From: a virus
DNA length: 64,000 nt
IMG/VR virus record: IMGVR_UViG_3300044615_000494
Reading direction: 5' to 3' (one strand)
The notes under the pieces are model-generated. The model did not search any database, was not told the origin of the DNA, and worked only from the letters and a program-made list of their open reading frames with translations. The position numbers and the translations under genes are program-made. Below, one piece after another: positions 9,396-20,427 of the stretch (positions are counted from its first letter, which is position 1; each line of letters starts with the position of its first letter).

Positions 9396-10043
9396 ATGGC
9401 TTTGTATCTCAAAGAGCACCTAACGTTCGATAGAGCGAACATGGTTGTCGAATCCGTAAAGGAAGACGGCGATCTGAAGACCCTCTATATGAAGGGTATC
9501 TTCATTCAGGGAGGGGTAAAGAACGCAAATGAGCGTGTTTACCCCATTTCTGAAATTGAGACCGCAGTCGAAACGTTGAACAAGCAAATATCTGAAGGTT
9601 ATTCAGTGTTGGGTGAAGTAGATCACCCAGACGATTTAAAGATTAACCTAGACCGTGTAAGTCATATGATCACAAGTATGTGGATGGATGGCGCAAACGG
9701 TTTCGGTAAATTAAAAATTCTACCAACTCCAATGGGTCAATTAGTAAGAACTATGTTGGAGAGCGGTGTGAAACTAGGCGTTTCAAGTCGTGGATCAGGT
9801 AATGTGAACGACTTAGATGGCAAGGTCAGTGATTTTGAAATCATCACTGTAGATATAGTCGCACAACCAAGCGCACCTAACGCATATCCTAAAGCAATAT
9901 ACGAAAGCCTCATGAATATGAAGCATGGTCATAAAGTTATGGATATCGCTAGAGAAGCAAGGGGCGACAAAAAGGTACAAAGATACTTAGGTGAGGAAGT
10001 TAAACGTCTCATCAAGGATCTTAAATTAAATAATAGGGGATAA
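9396..10043 (+). CDS. gp21: Prohead core protease (T4 gp21 family)
   Basis: GIFIQG...NANERVYP, GEVDHP, GVSSRGSG and DIVAQPSAPNA motifs. Confidence 0.92.
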   Translation: MALYLKEHLTFDRANMVVESVKEDGDLKTLYMKGIFIQGGVKNANERVYPISEIETAVETLNKQISEGYSVLGEVDHPDDLKINLDRVSHMITSMWMDGANGFGKLKILPTPMGQLVRTMLESGVKLGVSSRGSGNVNDLDGKVSDFEIITVDIVAQPSAPNAYPKAIYESLMNMKHGHKVMDIAREARGDKKVQRYLGEEVKRLIKDLKLNNRG

Positions 10044-10047
10044 AAGC

Positions 10048-11160
10048 ATGTTAGATGCTATCAAACCATTACTAGAGAGTGGTCTAATCAATGAAGAAGT
10101 CTCAGGCGAAATTCAAAAGGTCTGGGAGTCAAAGTTGACTGAAGCCCGCGATCAAGTACGTGCAGAACTCCGAGAAGAGTTTGCGCAACGTTACGAGCAT
10201 GATCGTAGCGTGATGGTTGAAGCCCTTGATAAGATGGTAACAGAAAGCCTCTCAACTGAAATTGCAGAATTTCACGATGAGAGAAAGGCTTTAAACGAAG
10301 ACCGCGTAAAGGCTAAGATCAAATTGCAAGAAAATGCATCGAAGTTCAATGAGTTCATGGTTACTAAACTAGCCGAAGAAATCAGAGAACTACGTAATGA
10401 TCGTAAAGTCCAGACAGAGAATCAACAAAAGTTAGAGAAATTCATTGTACATGCTCTTGCAAAAGAGATCAAGGAATTTAATCAAGACAAACAAGCAGTT
10501 GTTGAGGCTCGTGTCAAGTTGGTCGCAGAAGGTCGTGAGAAACTTGAAGCACTCAAGCAAAAATTTGTTGCAGAAAGTGCTAAGAGAGTCAACGCCGCTG
10601 TTACTGGTCATTTGAAGGGTGAACTATCACAACTCAGAGAAGACATCAAAACAGCCCGAGAAAATGCTTTTGGACGCAAGTTGTTTGAAGCGTTTGCAAG
10701 TGAATACTCTGTAACTTATCTAAACGATAAGGCAGAGGCTCGCAAACTTCATTCAGTTATTGCAGAAAAAGAAAGAGCATTGGCTGAGGCTACTTCAAAG
10801 GCTATAGAAGCCCAGAAGTTAGTCGAAACAAAGGATCGTGAAGTCCGAATTATAAAAGAATCAACTCAGCGTGAAAAGGATATGGAAAAACTTCTATCTC
10901 CTCTAAACAAAGAGAAGGCTGATGTAATGAAGGCTTTGCTTGAAAGCGTGCAGACACCAAAATTGAAAGCCGCTTTCGACAAGTATCTACCAGCAGTTCT
11001 TAATACTGGAAGTGAAAAAGCAGGCGCTAAAACTGCCCTCACAGAAAGTGTTGTAAAAGAAGTAACTGGTGATAAAGAAACTGCCAATAAGAAAGTTGAG
11101 CAAGATCCAGAATTGCAAAATAATGTGATCGATCTCAAGCGTCTGGCAGGGCTTAAGTAA
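10048..11160 (+). CDS. gp22: Prohead core scaffold protein (T4 gp22-like)
   Basis: Coiled-coil Glu/Lys-rich protein between the protease and major capsid genes. Confidence 0.8.
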   Translation: MLDAIKPLLESGLINEEVSGEIQKVWESKLTEARDQVRAELREEFAQRYEHDRSVMVEALDKMVTESLSTEIAEFHDERKALNEDRVKAKIKLQENASKFNEFMVTKLAEEIRELRNDRKVQTENQQKLEKFIVHALAKEIKEFNQDKQAVVEARVKLVAEGREKLEALKQKFVAESAKRVNAAVTGHLKGELSQLREDIKTARENAFGRKLFEAFASEYSVTYLNDKAEARKLHSVIAEKERALAEATSKAIEAQKLVETKDREVRIIKESTQREKDMEKLLSPLNKEKADVMKALLESVQTPKLKAAFDKYLPAVLNTGSEKAGAKTALTESVVKEVTGDKETANKKVEQDPELQNNVIDLKRLAGLK

Positions 11161-11184
11161 GACATAGATTAGGAGATAATACAA

Positions 11185-12381
11185 ATGTCAAAAGTACTCT
11201 TAGAAAGCCGTTGGGACGAGACAAAAGAGGCCCTACTAGAAGGCTTGAAGGGAACTCGTCGTTCCACAATGGGTGTTATATTAGAGAACACCAAGAAGCA
11301 GTTGCTCGCAGAATCTACTGCTGGCACAACAACTGCTGGTAATATCGCAACACTAAATCGCGTTATTCTTCCAGTAATTCGTCGTGTTATGCCAACTGTT
11401 ATCGCTAACGAACTAGTCGGCGTTCAGCCAATGACTGGTCCAGTTGGTCAGATCCACACACTACGTGTGCGTTACGCTCAGTCATTGACTGACAACTCAG
11501 CAGCCGCAACAAGCGTAACTGCTGGTGAAGAAGCATTGAGCCCATTCAAAATTGCTCAGGCCTATTCACGTTCACCATCAGGCGCAACTACATCAAATTA
11601 CTACACTGGTAATGATACTGCTGCCCTTGAAGGTAACGGTGGTAAGCAGATCAGCGTACAAATCTTGCGTCAGGCTGTTGAAGCCAAGTCACGTAAGTTG
11701 CAAGCACGTTGGACATTTGAAGCAGCACAGGATGCACAGTCACAGCACGGTATCGACATCGAAGCAGAAATCATGGCAGCACTTGCCCAAGAAATCACTG
11801 CTGAAATCGATCAAGAAATCTTGTTGTCATTGCGTACTCTTGCTTCAACAGAGTTCACATACAACCAAGCAACAGTATCAGGTACTGCAACATACGTCGG
11901 TGACGAACATGCTGCTCTAGCAGTTCTAATCAACCGCGTTGCAAACTTGATTGCACAGCGCACTCGTCGCGGTGCAGGTAACTGGGCAGTTGTATCACCA
12001 GCATCATTGACTGTTCTACAGTCAGCAACAACTTCAGCATTCGCAAGAACAACTGAAGGCACATTCGAAGCCCCAACTAACACTAAGTTCGTTGGTACAT
12101 TGAACGGTGCAATGCGCGTATTCGTTGACTCATACGCCCCAGATACTCAGCCAGTATTGGTTGGTTATAAGGGTTCAAGTGAGACTGACGCAGCCGCGTT
12201 CTACTGCCCATACATCCCATTGATGTCAAGCGGCGTTGTTCTAGATCCATCAACATTCGAACCAGTCGTGTCATTCATGACACGTTATGGCTATATCGAA
12301 TTAACTAACACAGCATCATCATTCGGTAATGCTGCGGACTACGTTGGTGAGATCGCTGTACAGAACTTAACATTCCAATAA
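11185..12381 (+). CDS. gp23: Major capsid protein (T4 gp23 family)
   Basis: VIRRVMP...GVQPMTGPVGQIHTLR, SRKLQARWTFEAAQD, EIDQEI and FYCPYIPL motifs. Confidence 0.97.
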   Translation: MSKVLLESRWDETKEALLEGLKGTRRSTMGVILENTKKQLLAESTAGTTTAGNIATLNRVILPVIRRVMPTVIANELVGVQPMTGPVGQIHTLRVRYAQSLTDNSAAATSVTAGEEALSPFKIAQAYSRSPSGATTSNYYTGNDTAALEGNGGKQISVQILRQAVEAKSRKLQARWTFEAAQDAQSQHGIDIEAEIMAALAQEITAEIDQEILLSLRTLASTEFTYNQATVSGTATYVGDEHAALAVLINRVANLIAQRTRRGAGNWAVVSPASLTVLQSATTSAFARTTEGTFEAPTNTKFVGTLNGAMRVFVDSYAPDTQPVLVGYKGSSETDAAAFYCPYIPLMSSGVVLDPSTFEPVVSFMTRYGYIELTNTASSFGNAADYVGEIAVQNLTFQ

Positions 12382-12407
12382 TAGTTGGATTTGTTGTTCA
12401 AAAGATT

Positions 12408-12432
12408 GGGCGCTTCGGCGCCCTTTCTTTTT
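12408..12432 (+). terminator. Rho-independent terminator after the capsid gene
   Basis: gggcgc-TTCG-gcgccc followed by tttcttttt. Confidence 0.9.
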
Positions 12433-12799
12433 ATGCGATTCTAATATCTGTATCGACAGTCATGTTCATCACTGACTTCTTACCTTTACGAAGACGTTTT
12501 TTATATAGGCTTCCGCAATTTTTACAACATGTTTTAAGATTTCCGGATTTCTTGTTTTTCTTATTACCATCTTTAAAGACTACTTCTAGTTGGCATTTGT
12601 CTACTGCTTTAAATCCGCAAAAATCACAACGATCACCCTTGTTTTGTAGATGCTTGTAGTTGTCATTATACATCATCTTGCTACAATCTACACAATATTT
12701 GTGCCATTTTTTGAATCCTAACTTGCTTATGCCATTAGGTTTCGCCGGTACTAGACCGCAATGACTACATACAGGGCGAGATTTTTGCTTTGTTAACAT
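12431..12799 (-). CDS. Zn-finger protein with degenerate HNH-like motif
   Basis: Four CxxC pairs. LEVVFKDGNKKN...NLKTCCKNC resembles HNH with the catalytic His replaced. Confidence 0.6.
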   Translation of the reverse strand: MLTKQKSRPVCSHCGLVPAKPNGISKLGFKKWHKYCVDCSKMMYNDNYKHLQNKGDRCDFCGFKAVDKCQLEVVFKDGNKKNKKSGNLKTCCKNCGSLYKKRLRKGKKSVMNMTVDTDIRIA

Positions 12800-12893
12800 A
12801 CTGATATTTAGAAAAAAGTTCTAGTTGGTTCTTTTTTTAGTGGTCTACCCAAAAGATATTTGATAAATATAATAATAGAGGACTTGTATAATA

Positions 12894-15872
12894 ATGTCAG
12901 AACCGTTTAACACGCTTGGTGGGTACTCAGTTGGTATCCCGCCGGAGTTAGTAATAGATGCTAATGGTAACGTTGTCAATAACGTCAACGCACCTAACTC
13001 CAACGTCACCGCTAATCGTGTATTTGCTAATGCATATTTTTATGCGAATGGTTCACCACTAAGCATAGGTGCTTCAGGGTCAAACACACAAGTTCAGTAC
13101 AATAACAACGGATTGTTGGGCGCGAGTTCAGCATTCACATTCAACAGTTCTACTAATGTTCTAGCAGTAACTAAACTTCAAGTAGGTAGTAATGCCAACT
13201 TAGGCAACGTATCAAACGTTGTCATCTTAGGTGGTACTAACGGATATTTCTTACAGACTGACGGTGCAGGTAATCTCACATGGGCGCCTGCAGGTAACGG
13301 CGGTAATACAGGAAACGGTGTTCCCGGCGGTGCAAACACACAAGTTCAGTTTAATGATGCAGGTGTATTCGGCGGAGATGCAGGATTCACTTATAACAAG
13401 GTCAGCAATACTCTTTCAGTAGCAAATACTATATCTTCCGGCAATGCTATTACCGGCGTAAATTTATCGGTAACAGATGCTACGATTTATAGCACGTTAT
13501 CAGTAACAAATGTTTTAGCATCAAATATCACATTGTCAGCCAATATAACAAATGCTAACTGGATCAATGCTAGTTATTTTGCAGGTAATGGATATAATTT
13601 ATTTGGTTTAGTTGGAGCCAATGTCAGTGGTCAAGTTGCTTTCGCTAACGTAGCAAATAATGTAGCAGGAGCAAATGTCAGTGGTCAAGTAGGATTTGCT
13701 AACGTAGCGAATAATGTAGCCGGCGCAAATGTATCAGGTCAAGTAGCAAATGCATTAGTCGCAGGCACTGTTTATACATCAGCACAACCAAACATCACAA
13801 GTGTAGGCAATCTAACTAGTTTAACTGTTGTTGGTAACACTACATTAGGAAATCAAGTAGTTTCAAACTATTTCATCGGTAATTTGTTCGGTGTAGCCAA
13901 TCTTGCTAGAAATGTAACGTTAGGAGCACAACCTAACATTACAAGTTTAGGTACGCTCACATCATTGACTGTCAGCGGTAACACAACATTAGGTAATAGT
14001 GTATCTGCAAACTATTTTGTAGGTAATCTATATGGAGTTGCAAACAGCGCGTTAACAGCAAATTCAGCAAATTCAGCAAATTTTGCAACAAATGCTACAA
14101 ATGCAAATTACTCAGCAACAGCATTATTAGCCGGAACAGTATCAGTAAATGCACAACCTAATATCACAAGTCTAGGTACATTAACATCATTAAACGTTAA
14201 TGGTATTTCTAATCTAGGTAGTGTAGGAAATGTAAGAATTGGCGGCGGTACTAATGGTTATGTGTTGACTACTGACGGCACCGGCAATTTGAGTTGGGGC
14301 GTAGGTGGAAACGGTAACGGCACCCCAGGTGGCAGTAACACACAGATTCAATATAATGACAACGGCAGTTTTGCTGGTAGTACCAACTTCATTTGGAATA
14401 ACGCTTTAAATCAGTTGTCGGTATCCGGCAATGTCACGATCACAAATACACTAAACGTTTCAAATATTTCCTCAAATCTAGCCAATGCTAATACATTAGC
14501 AGTCACAGGAAACATTACAGCAGGTAACGTGAATGCTGGTAATCTACTAACAGCGAATTTTATTTCTGGAACATTAACTACAAACTCACAACAGAATATA
14601 AACTATCTAGGAAATGTGGGCTGGTTAAATGTTAATACAAGCGTACCAAATAGTAACGGTAATATAACATTTAATGGTAGTATGAGTGGCATAGGTGTAG
14701 GTAGCAATATTAATATTACTGGCAACTTGAATGCAGGTAATTATGTGCAGGCTAATTTATTAATAGGCACATTGACTACTCCGGCACAACCTAACATCAC
14801 AAGTATAGGTAATCTGTCATCATTGACTGTGGTAGGACAGAGCAATCTAGGAAATATAGCAAACATCACTATATTGGGCGGCAATGCCAACTATGTATTA
14901 AGCACAGACGGAGCAGGTAATCTAAGTTGGGTAGCACAAGCAAATGGTGGCGGAGGCAATGGCATCCCTGGCGGATTAGATACACAGATACAATTTAATG
15001 ATGCCGGCGAATTCGGCGGAGACAATACGTTAACTTGGAATAAAGTAACGAATTATATGTACTTGGGAGGCAATGCCAACGTTGCAGGTACGATGAATGT
15101 GTTGACAACGCTGAATACTGCCAACTTTACTGCTACAGGAACAGCGAACTTAAGTGGTACCATAAGTTTATCAAACACTACGTTGCTAGCAACTAGGACA
15201 TTGACAGTAGCAGGCAATTTAAACACAGATGGATCTGCGAATGTCAATTTAGGAAACGTGGCCAACATACATATCAGTGGCGGTGTTAATGGATATGTAC
15301 TCAGCACAGACGGTTCAGGTAACTTAAGTTGGAAAAATGCAGGCGGCGGCAACGGTGGAGGCACACCGGGCGGTAGTAATACTCAGATTCAATATAATAG
15401 TCAAGGTACATTTGCCGGCAGTCCATTCTTGACATTTAACGAGGTATCTAATAACGTTCAAATCGCCGGTAATTTAACTGCGAATGCTTTAACTATAGGT
15501 TCAGGAATCTATCAGTTTAGTTATAGTAACGTTTATTTTGCTACTACAAGTAGTGTTTCTCCTAATCAAATCTTGTTATCTATCGAAGCAGATGACGGAG
15601 TGAGCGGGGGTAATGTAGCAGGGGTTGATTATACAATTATTTCGACAGACAATAATATACGTAATTTTGTGAAAATCTCATGTGTACGCATAGGATCATC
15701 CTTAAATTATGTAGAATACAGTACGTTACCCGTAAATGGGTATACAGGGGATTTTCAAGTATTATATAATGCAGGAAACGTGATAAGCCCTGCTACTATA
15801 CAACTTGTTATGTCACCACAGAGTGCAAACTTAATGACGCACAAAATGATGGTGACAGCATATTATGACTAG
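12894..15872 (+). CDS. Fibre / virion structural protein 1 (Asn/Gly/Thr-rich repeats)
   Basis: Recurrent GGxNTQIQ(F/Y)N and QPNITS modules. Follows the head genes and has a GATAAATA late motif at 12862. Confidence 0.75.
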   Translation: MSEPFNTLGGYSVGIPPELVIDANGNVVNNVNAPNSNVTANRVFANAYFYANGSPLSIGASGSNTQVQYNNNGLLGASSAFTFNSSTNVLAVTKLQVGSNANLGNVSNVVILGGTNGYFLQTDGAGNLTWAPAGNGGNTGNGVPGGANTQVQFNDAGVFGGDAGFTYNKVSNTLSVANTISSGNAITGVNLSVTDATIYSTLSVTNVLASNITLSANITNANWINASYFAGNGYNLFGLVGANVSGQVAFANVANNVAGANVSGQVGFANVANNVAGANVSGQVANALVAGTVYTSAQPNITSVGNLTSLTVVGNTTLGNQVVSNYFIGNLFGVANLARNVTLGAQPNITSLGTLTSLTVSGNTTLGNSVSANYFVGNLYGVANSALTANSANSANFATNATNANYSATALLAGTVSVNAQPNITSLGTLTSLNVNGISNLGSVGNVRIGGGTNGYVLTTDGTGNLSWGVGGNGNGTPGGSNTQIQYNDNGSFAGSTNFIWNNALNQLSVSGNVTITNTLNVSNISSNLANANTLAVTGNITAGNVNAGNLLTANFISGTLTTNSQQNINYLGNVGWLNVNTSVPNSNGNITFNGSMSGIGVGSNINITGNLNAGNYVQANLLIGTLTTPAQPNITSIGNLSSLTVVGQSNLGNIANITILGGNANYVLSTDGAGNLSWVAQANGGGGNGIPGGLDTQIQFNDAGEFGGDNTLTWNKVTNYMYLGGNANVAGTMNVLTTLNTANFTATGTANLSGTISLSNTTLLATRTLTVAGNLNTDGSANVNLGNVANIHISGGVNGYVLSTDGSGNLSWKNAGGGNGGGTPGGSNTQIQYNSQGTFAGSPFLTFNEVSNNVQIAGNLTANALTIGSGIYQFSYSNVYFATTSSVSPNQILLSIEADDGVSGGNVAGVDYTIISTDNNIRNFVKISCVRIGSSLNYVEYSTLPVNGYTGDFQVLYNAGNVISPATIQLVMSPQSANLMTHKMMVTAYYD
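13614..13754 (+). repeat. 54-nt (18-aa) tandem repeat, about 2.6 copies
   Basis: GANVSGQVAFANVANNVA / GANVSGQVGFANVANNVA / GANVSGQVANA. Confidence 0.85.
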
Positions 15873-15908
15873 TATTGATAAATACTAAAATGATGGAGAT
15901 TATCAAAC

Positions 15909-18900
15909 ATGGCACTTAAACCACTAAATTCAGTAGGCGGCTTCTCAGTAGGAGAAATCCCTGCTAATGTGATACTAGCGAATGCAGATATCACAGCAAA
16001 TAAAGGTACTTTCGTAGGAAACGTTGCGATTAGCAACACTAATCCTGCCTATGGTATACTGACAGATAATTTATACTATAGTAACGGTGTACCTTGGGAC
16101 TTGCAGCAGGCTGCAGGATCCAACACACAGATACAGTTCAACAATAACAATGATTTTGGTGCCAGCGCAAACTTAACGTTTGATTCGGTCACTAACTTAT
16201 TGACTGTAGTGGGTAACGTACAGTTTAACAATGCTAATCTCGGCAATCTTGTCACAAGCAATTTTGCTAACATTGCGTCAAATACTATAACTAGTAATTT
16301 AACTGTCAACCTCGAACTAGCAGGTAACACTGCAAACTTCAGTGGTAACATAAAGACTCTAAACGCTAATCTCGGTAATCTTGTCGTTGCCAATTATGCA
16401 AACTTTACCAATGACTTAGTGGTTCAAGGTAATATTGCTAACGCCAACAACATTAATGTCACCAACACATTAAATGCTGTAACAGGTAATTTTAGTGGCA
16501 ATGTGACTTCATTGAATGCTAATCTCGGTAACCTAGCAACTGCTAACTTTGTCAACGTTGCAAGTAATATTATAAGTAGCAACTTAACTGTAAATCTTGC
16601 ATTATCAGGTAATACTGCAAACTTCAGTGGTAACATCACATCATTAAATGCAAATCTCGGTAACCTAGCAGAAGCCAACTTTGTCAATGCGTCAAGTAAC
16701 GTCAATGTTACTGATACAATGCAAGCAGGCAATGTACGTACCGACAATCTATTGTATGCTAACGGAGTGCCTTGGGACCTACAAGAAGCAGCAGGCTCAA
16801 ATACTGAAATACAGTATAACATGGGCGACAACTTTGCAGCCAGTGCGAATTTAACATACAACGATACTACTCAAGTCTTTACAGTATTAGGTAATAGTCA
16901 GTTTAATAATGCAAATTTAGGCAACGTAGCAAATGCTAACTTTGTCAACGTTGCAAGTAATACTATCACTAACAACTTGCAAGTTAACCTAAATATTGCT
17001 GGTAATACAGCACAGTTTTTAGGTAATGTCCAAGTCAATAACTTTGATGTCAACTTAGAACTTGCAGGTAATACAGCAAATTTCTTAGGCAATGTTCAAG
17101 TCAATAACTTTGATGTCAACTTAGAATTGTCTGGTAATACAGCCAACTTTACCGGTGCTACTATCGCACAAAACGTTACTGCAAATTCAACTGTATTCAC
17201 TGCAAATGCAAACGTCACTGGAACAACAATCACTAATGCATTGACGGTAAACAATGATATAACAGGTAACACTGCGAACTTCAGCGGTAATGTCGTAGTA
17301 CCAAACTTAACAGTAAATCTTGAACTTGCAGGTAACACAGCAAATTTCACAGGCAATGTTGTTGCTCCAAACTTGATCGGAGCATTAGCGAACGGTAACA
17401 GCAACGTTAAAGTTTATAGTAACTCAAACGTTGAGATCAGTATCAATGGCACTGCTAACATTGCAACATTTACTGGTAATTCATTACTAGTAGTAGGCAA
17501 CATAGAATCAACAGCAGGTAATGTTCTTGCTAATGGTAATATATCAGCCAATAGTTTCTTGAACAGCGCGAATGCCAATGTAACAGGTGAAGCAAATGTT
17601 GGTAGTTTACTAACTTCAAACATCACAGCAAATGGTAATCTAATGATTACTGCTTCAGGTTCAAATGTCAACATCAATCTTGTTCCTGGTGGCCCTAATG
17701 GTGTGATCGATGCGTCATTAGCACGTATCATACAAGTTAATGGTCCGATTAATCCAAATGATGCGGCAACAAAAGAATATGTTGATAGCACTTCACAAGG
17801 TTTAACGATTCACACAGCAGTTCGTGTAACAAGCGTAACAAACTTAAATGCTACATATGCTAACGGTGGTAGTGTATTGACTACTATTGCAATCACTGGT
17901 GGTAAAACAATACAGTTTAGTGCCGCTCACGGCCTATCAGTGGGCGATGAACTTGCTTGGGATAACTCATTCAATAATATTATTGGTGATGACCCATACT
18001 TTGTCTACAGCACTCCAGCAGCCGATACTATCACAGTCAAGGCAGGCTATTTCGGTGCTGAAGTCACTACATTAACTAACGGTACTGGCTTATCACAGAC
18101 AGCAAGAGCAAACACTGGTGTTGGCGCAACATTGACTAACAACGGAGCAAATGCGGCACTATCTATCGATAGCGTTGCATTAGCATCAACAAATAGAGTT
18201 CTTGTTCAAGGTCAGACAAATCAGTTTGAGAACGGTGTCTATACTGTAACAACAGTAGGTGACGGTTCAACTGCTTGGGTACTAACAAGAGCGACAGATG
18301 AAGATACATACAGTCCAACAGCAACTACGTCATTGGGCTACGGCGACTATTTCTTTGTGCAACAAGGTCTAAGTTATGCAGGTAGTTCATACGTTGTAAC
18401 TTCACCGGTTGGTGAAATATTGTTTGGATTCACAAACATACAATTCAGTCAGTTTAGTGCATCAGGTTCATATAGTGCAGGTAATGGTATCGCAATCAAT
18501 GGTACTGTTATAAGTGCAAACGTGGACAATGACACTACTGCAATTAGTGCAGGTAATATCGTTGTCAAGACAAGCGCAAATCTTGTAACACCAAATCTCG
18601 GTGACGCAACATTCAGTAGTTTGTCTTGGAATACATTAAGCAACGGTAATGTCACAGCCAATAATTTGAGCATCAGTAACATTGCTAATATTACCGGCAA
18701 CTTGACTGTTGCAGGAAATGTACAAGTAACTTATGATATTGATAGCAATGCTAATATCTATAGCAATAATAGCGATGTATCAAACTTCTTGGTTGTTGGT
18801 GGTAACACAACATCAAACAACATTACATCAAATAATTGGTTGAACACAGCAAGCGCAAACGTTTCTGCTAATCTTGTAACAAGCAATGCTACAGTAAATC

Positions 18901-19712
18901 TAGCATTGGTGGGTAACACAGCAAACTTCAGCGGTAACGTGATCGTACCAAATTTAACTGTAAACTTAGAACTAGCAGGCAATACTGCTAACTTCTCAGG
19001 TAACGTTGTTGCATTAAACACAAATGCAGGTAACTTGTTAACAGCAAATTTTGCAAATATTGCAAGTAATGTCACAACAAGTAATTTAACTGTAAATCTA
19101 GCACTTGCTGGCAATACAGCAAACTTTAGTGGTAATGTAGTAGCAGCCAATGCAAATCTAGGTAATCTAGTTACTGCTAATTTCTTTACTGGTACATTGA
19201 TAAATGGCACAAGTAATGTTGCGATACCAAGTACTAACGGTAACGTAAACATCACAGCAGGTGGTAATACATCATTCGTTGTGACTGATACCGGTGCTAA
19301 TGTAACAGGTAACTTAGGTGTATCAGGTAACTTTAGCGTAGGTAACATTGTAGCAACTAATTTGACTGCAAATACAGCAGTCAATATTGGTAATACTAAG
19401 ATTACTTGGGCTGAAGTCACTACAATAGCAACTACGGCTAACCAGACTATCTCAACTATATCAACAACTGGTATAACAGGTGTTCAATGGTTAGTCAAGG
19501 GTATTGATTCAACTGGTAGCAAGTACACGGTAGCAACAGTGCAGGCCGTAACAGACGGGTCAGTTGTTGATTTCTCAACATTCGGCGGCGTGACATTAGG
19601 AGGTACTACAGGTACATTAGCAGTTAATATCTCAGGCGGTAATATAGCACTACAAGTAACCCCATCAAGTTCTAACTCAACTTTATGGGTAACTCAGTAT
19701 AGAACTATATAA
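15909..19712 (+). CDS. Fibre / virion structural protein 2
   Basis: NLELAGNTANF repeats and a DAATKEYVD...RVLVQGQTNQFENGVY domain typical of phage fibre proteins. Confidence 0.75.
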   Translation: MALKPLNSVGGFSVGEIPANVILANADITANKGTFVGNVAISNTNPAYGILTDNLYYSNGVPWDLQQAAGSNTQIQFNNNNDFGASANLTFDSVTNLLTVVGNVQFNNANLGNLVTSNFANIASNTITSNLTVNLELAGNTANFSGNIKTLNANLGNLVVANYANFTNDLVVQGNIANANNINVTNTLNAVTGNFSGNVTSLNANLGNLATANFVNVASNIISSNLTVNLALSGNTANFSGNITSLNANLGNLAEANFVNASSNVNVTDTMQAGNVRTDNLLYANGVPWDLQEAAGSNTEIQYNMGDNFAASANLTYNDTTQVFTVLGNSQFNNANLGNVANANFVNVASNTITNNLQVNLNIAGNTAQFLGNVQVNNFDVNLELAGNTANFLGNVQVNNFDVNLELSGNTANFTGATIAQNVTANSTVFTANANVTGTTITNALTVNNDITGNTANFSGNVVVPNLTVNLELAGNTANFTGNVVAPNLIGALANGNSNVKVYSNSNVEISINGTANIATFTGNSLLVVGNIESTAGNVLANGNISANSFLNSANANVTGEANVGSLLTSNITANGNLMITASGSNVNINLVPGGPNGVIDASLARIIQVNGPINPNDAATKEYVDSTSQGLTIHTAVRVTSVTNLNATYANGGSVLTTIAITGGKTIQFSAAHGLSVGDELAWDNSFNNIIGDDPYFVYSTPAADTITVKAGYFGAEVTTLTNGTGLSQTARANTGVGATLTNNGANAALSIDSVALASTNRVLVQGQTNQFENGVYTVTTVGDGSTAWVLTRATDEDTYSPTATTSLGYGDYFFVQQGLSYAGSSYVVTSPVGEILFGFTNIQFSQFSASGSYSAGNGIAINGTVISANVDNDTTAISAGNIVVKTSANLVTPNLGDATFSSLSWNTLSNGNVTANNLSISNIANITGNLTVAGNVQVTYDIDSNANIYSNNSDVSNFLVVGGNTTSNNITSNNWLNTASANVSANLVTSNATVNLALVGNTANFSGNVIVPNLTVNLELAGNTANFSGNVVALNTNAGNLLTANFANIASNVTTSNLTVNLALAGNTANFSGNVVAANANLGNLVTANFFTGTLINGTSNVAIPSTNGNVNITAGGNTSFVVTDTGANVTGNLGVSGNFSVGNIVATNLTANTAVNIGNTKITWAEVTTIATTANQTISTISTTGITGVQWLVKGIDSTGSKYTVATVQAVTDGSVVDFSTFGGVTLGGTTGTLAVNISGGNIALQVTPSSSNSTLWVTQYRTI
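17016..17147 (+). repeat. 66-nt (22-aa) tandem duplication
   Basis: FLGNVQVNNFDVNLELAGNTAN twice, near-identical at the DNA level. Confidence 0.85.
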
Positions 19713-19732
19713 TTGTTAGGTAACGAAAGAAG

Positions 19733-20386
19733 ATGGCAGTCAGACCTTTAAATTCCATAGCAGGATTCTCTACAGGAGATCCTGCTGTTACGATAGTACA
19801 GGCTAACGGTGATATCACCACCGTTAATTTTACTGCTAACGGAATTTCAAATCTAGGCGCGAACGGTAACGTTATCATTACTGGTGGTAGTAACAACCAA
19901 GTATTGACAACTAATGGTTCAGGTAATCTAACTTGGACTACTGTATCAGTTACGCAAAGTGCGGCTCCGATGCCTATCGTTATCGATGCAGGTAATACGT
20001 TAACTATTCCTGCTAACTATCAGGGATTATTTGGGACACCTCTAACTGTCAATGGAACATTAGAGATTGATGGTGCATTGATAGATGTGAGTGGTCAAGG
20101 TGCCCCAGGTACAGATACGCAAGTAACTTTTAACGATGGCGGAGAACCTTCAGGAAATAATGGATTTACATTCGATAAGACATCAGGAAATTTATCAGTG
20201 CCTGGCTCTATCAACGGAGGTGCGTTTTTAAAATTAACTACGTATAGCAACACAGCATTAACAGCCGTTGTAGGTAGTATTGGTCAGATAGCCGTAGTAA
20301 CTAACAGCAATCCAGCCGGTATGCTTGCATTTTGGGATGGTACTAACAATCGTTGGTCTTATGTCCACGATAATAGCGCGGTGTAA
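19733..20386 (+). CDS. Short fibre-family protein 3
   Basis: N-terminus MAVRPLNSIAGFSTG is paralogous to those of the two upstream fibres. Confidence 0.7.
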   Translation: MAVRPLNSIAGFSTGDPAVTIVQANGDITTVNFTANGISNLGANGNVIITGGSNNQVLTTNGSGNLTWTTVSVTQSAAPMPIVIDAGNTLTIPANYQGLFGTPLTVNGTLEIDGALIDVSGQGAPGTDTQVTFNDGGEPSGNNGFTFDKTSGNLSVPGSINGGAFLKLTTYSNTALTAVVGSIGQIAVVTNSNPAGMLAFWDGTNNRWSYVHDNSAV

Positions 20387-20427
20387 ATTAAGATAAATAC
20401 AATGAATAGCATTAGCAGAGAACGAAT

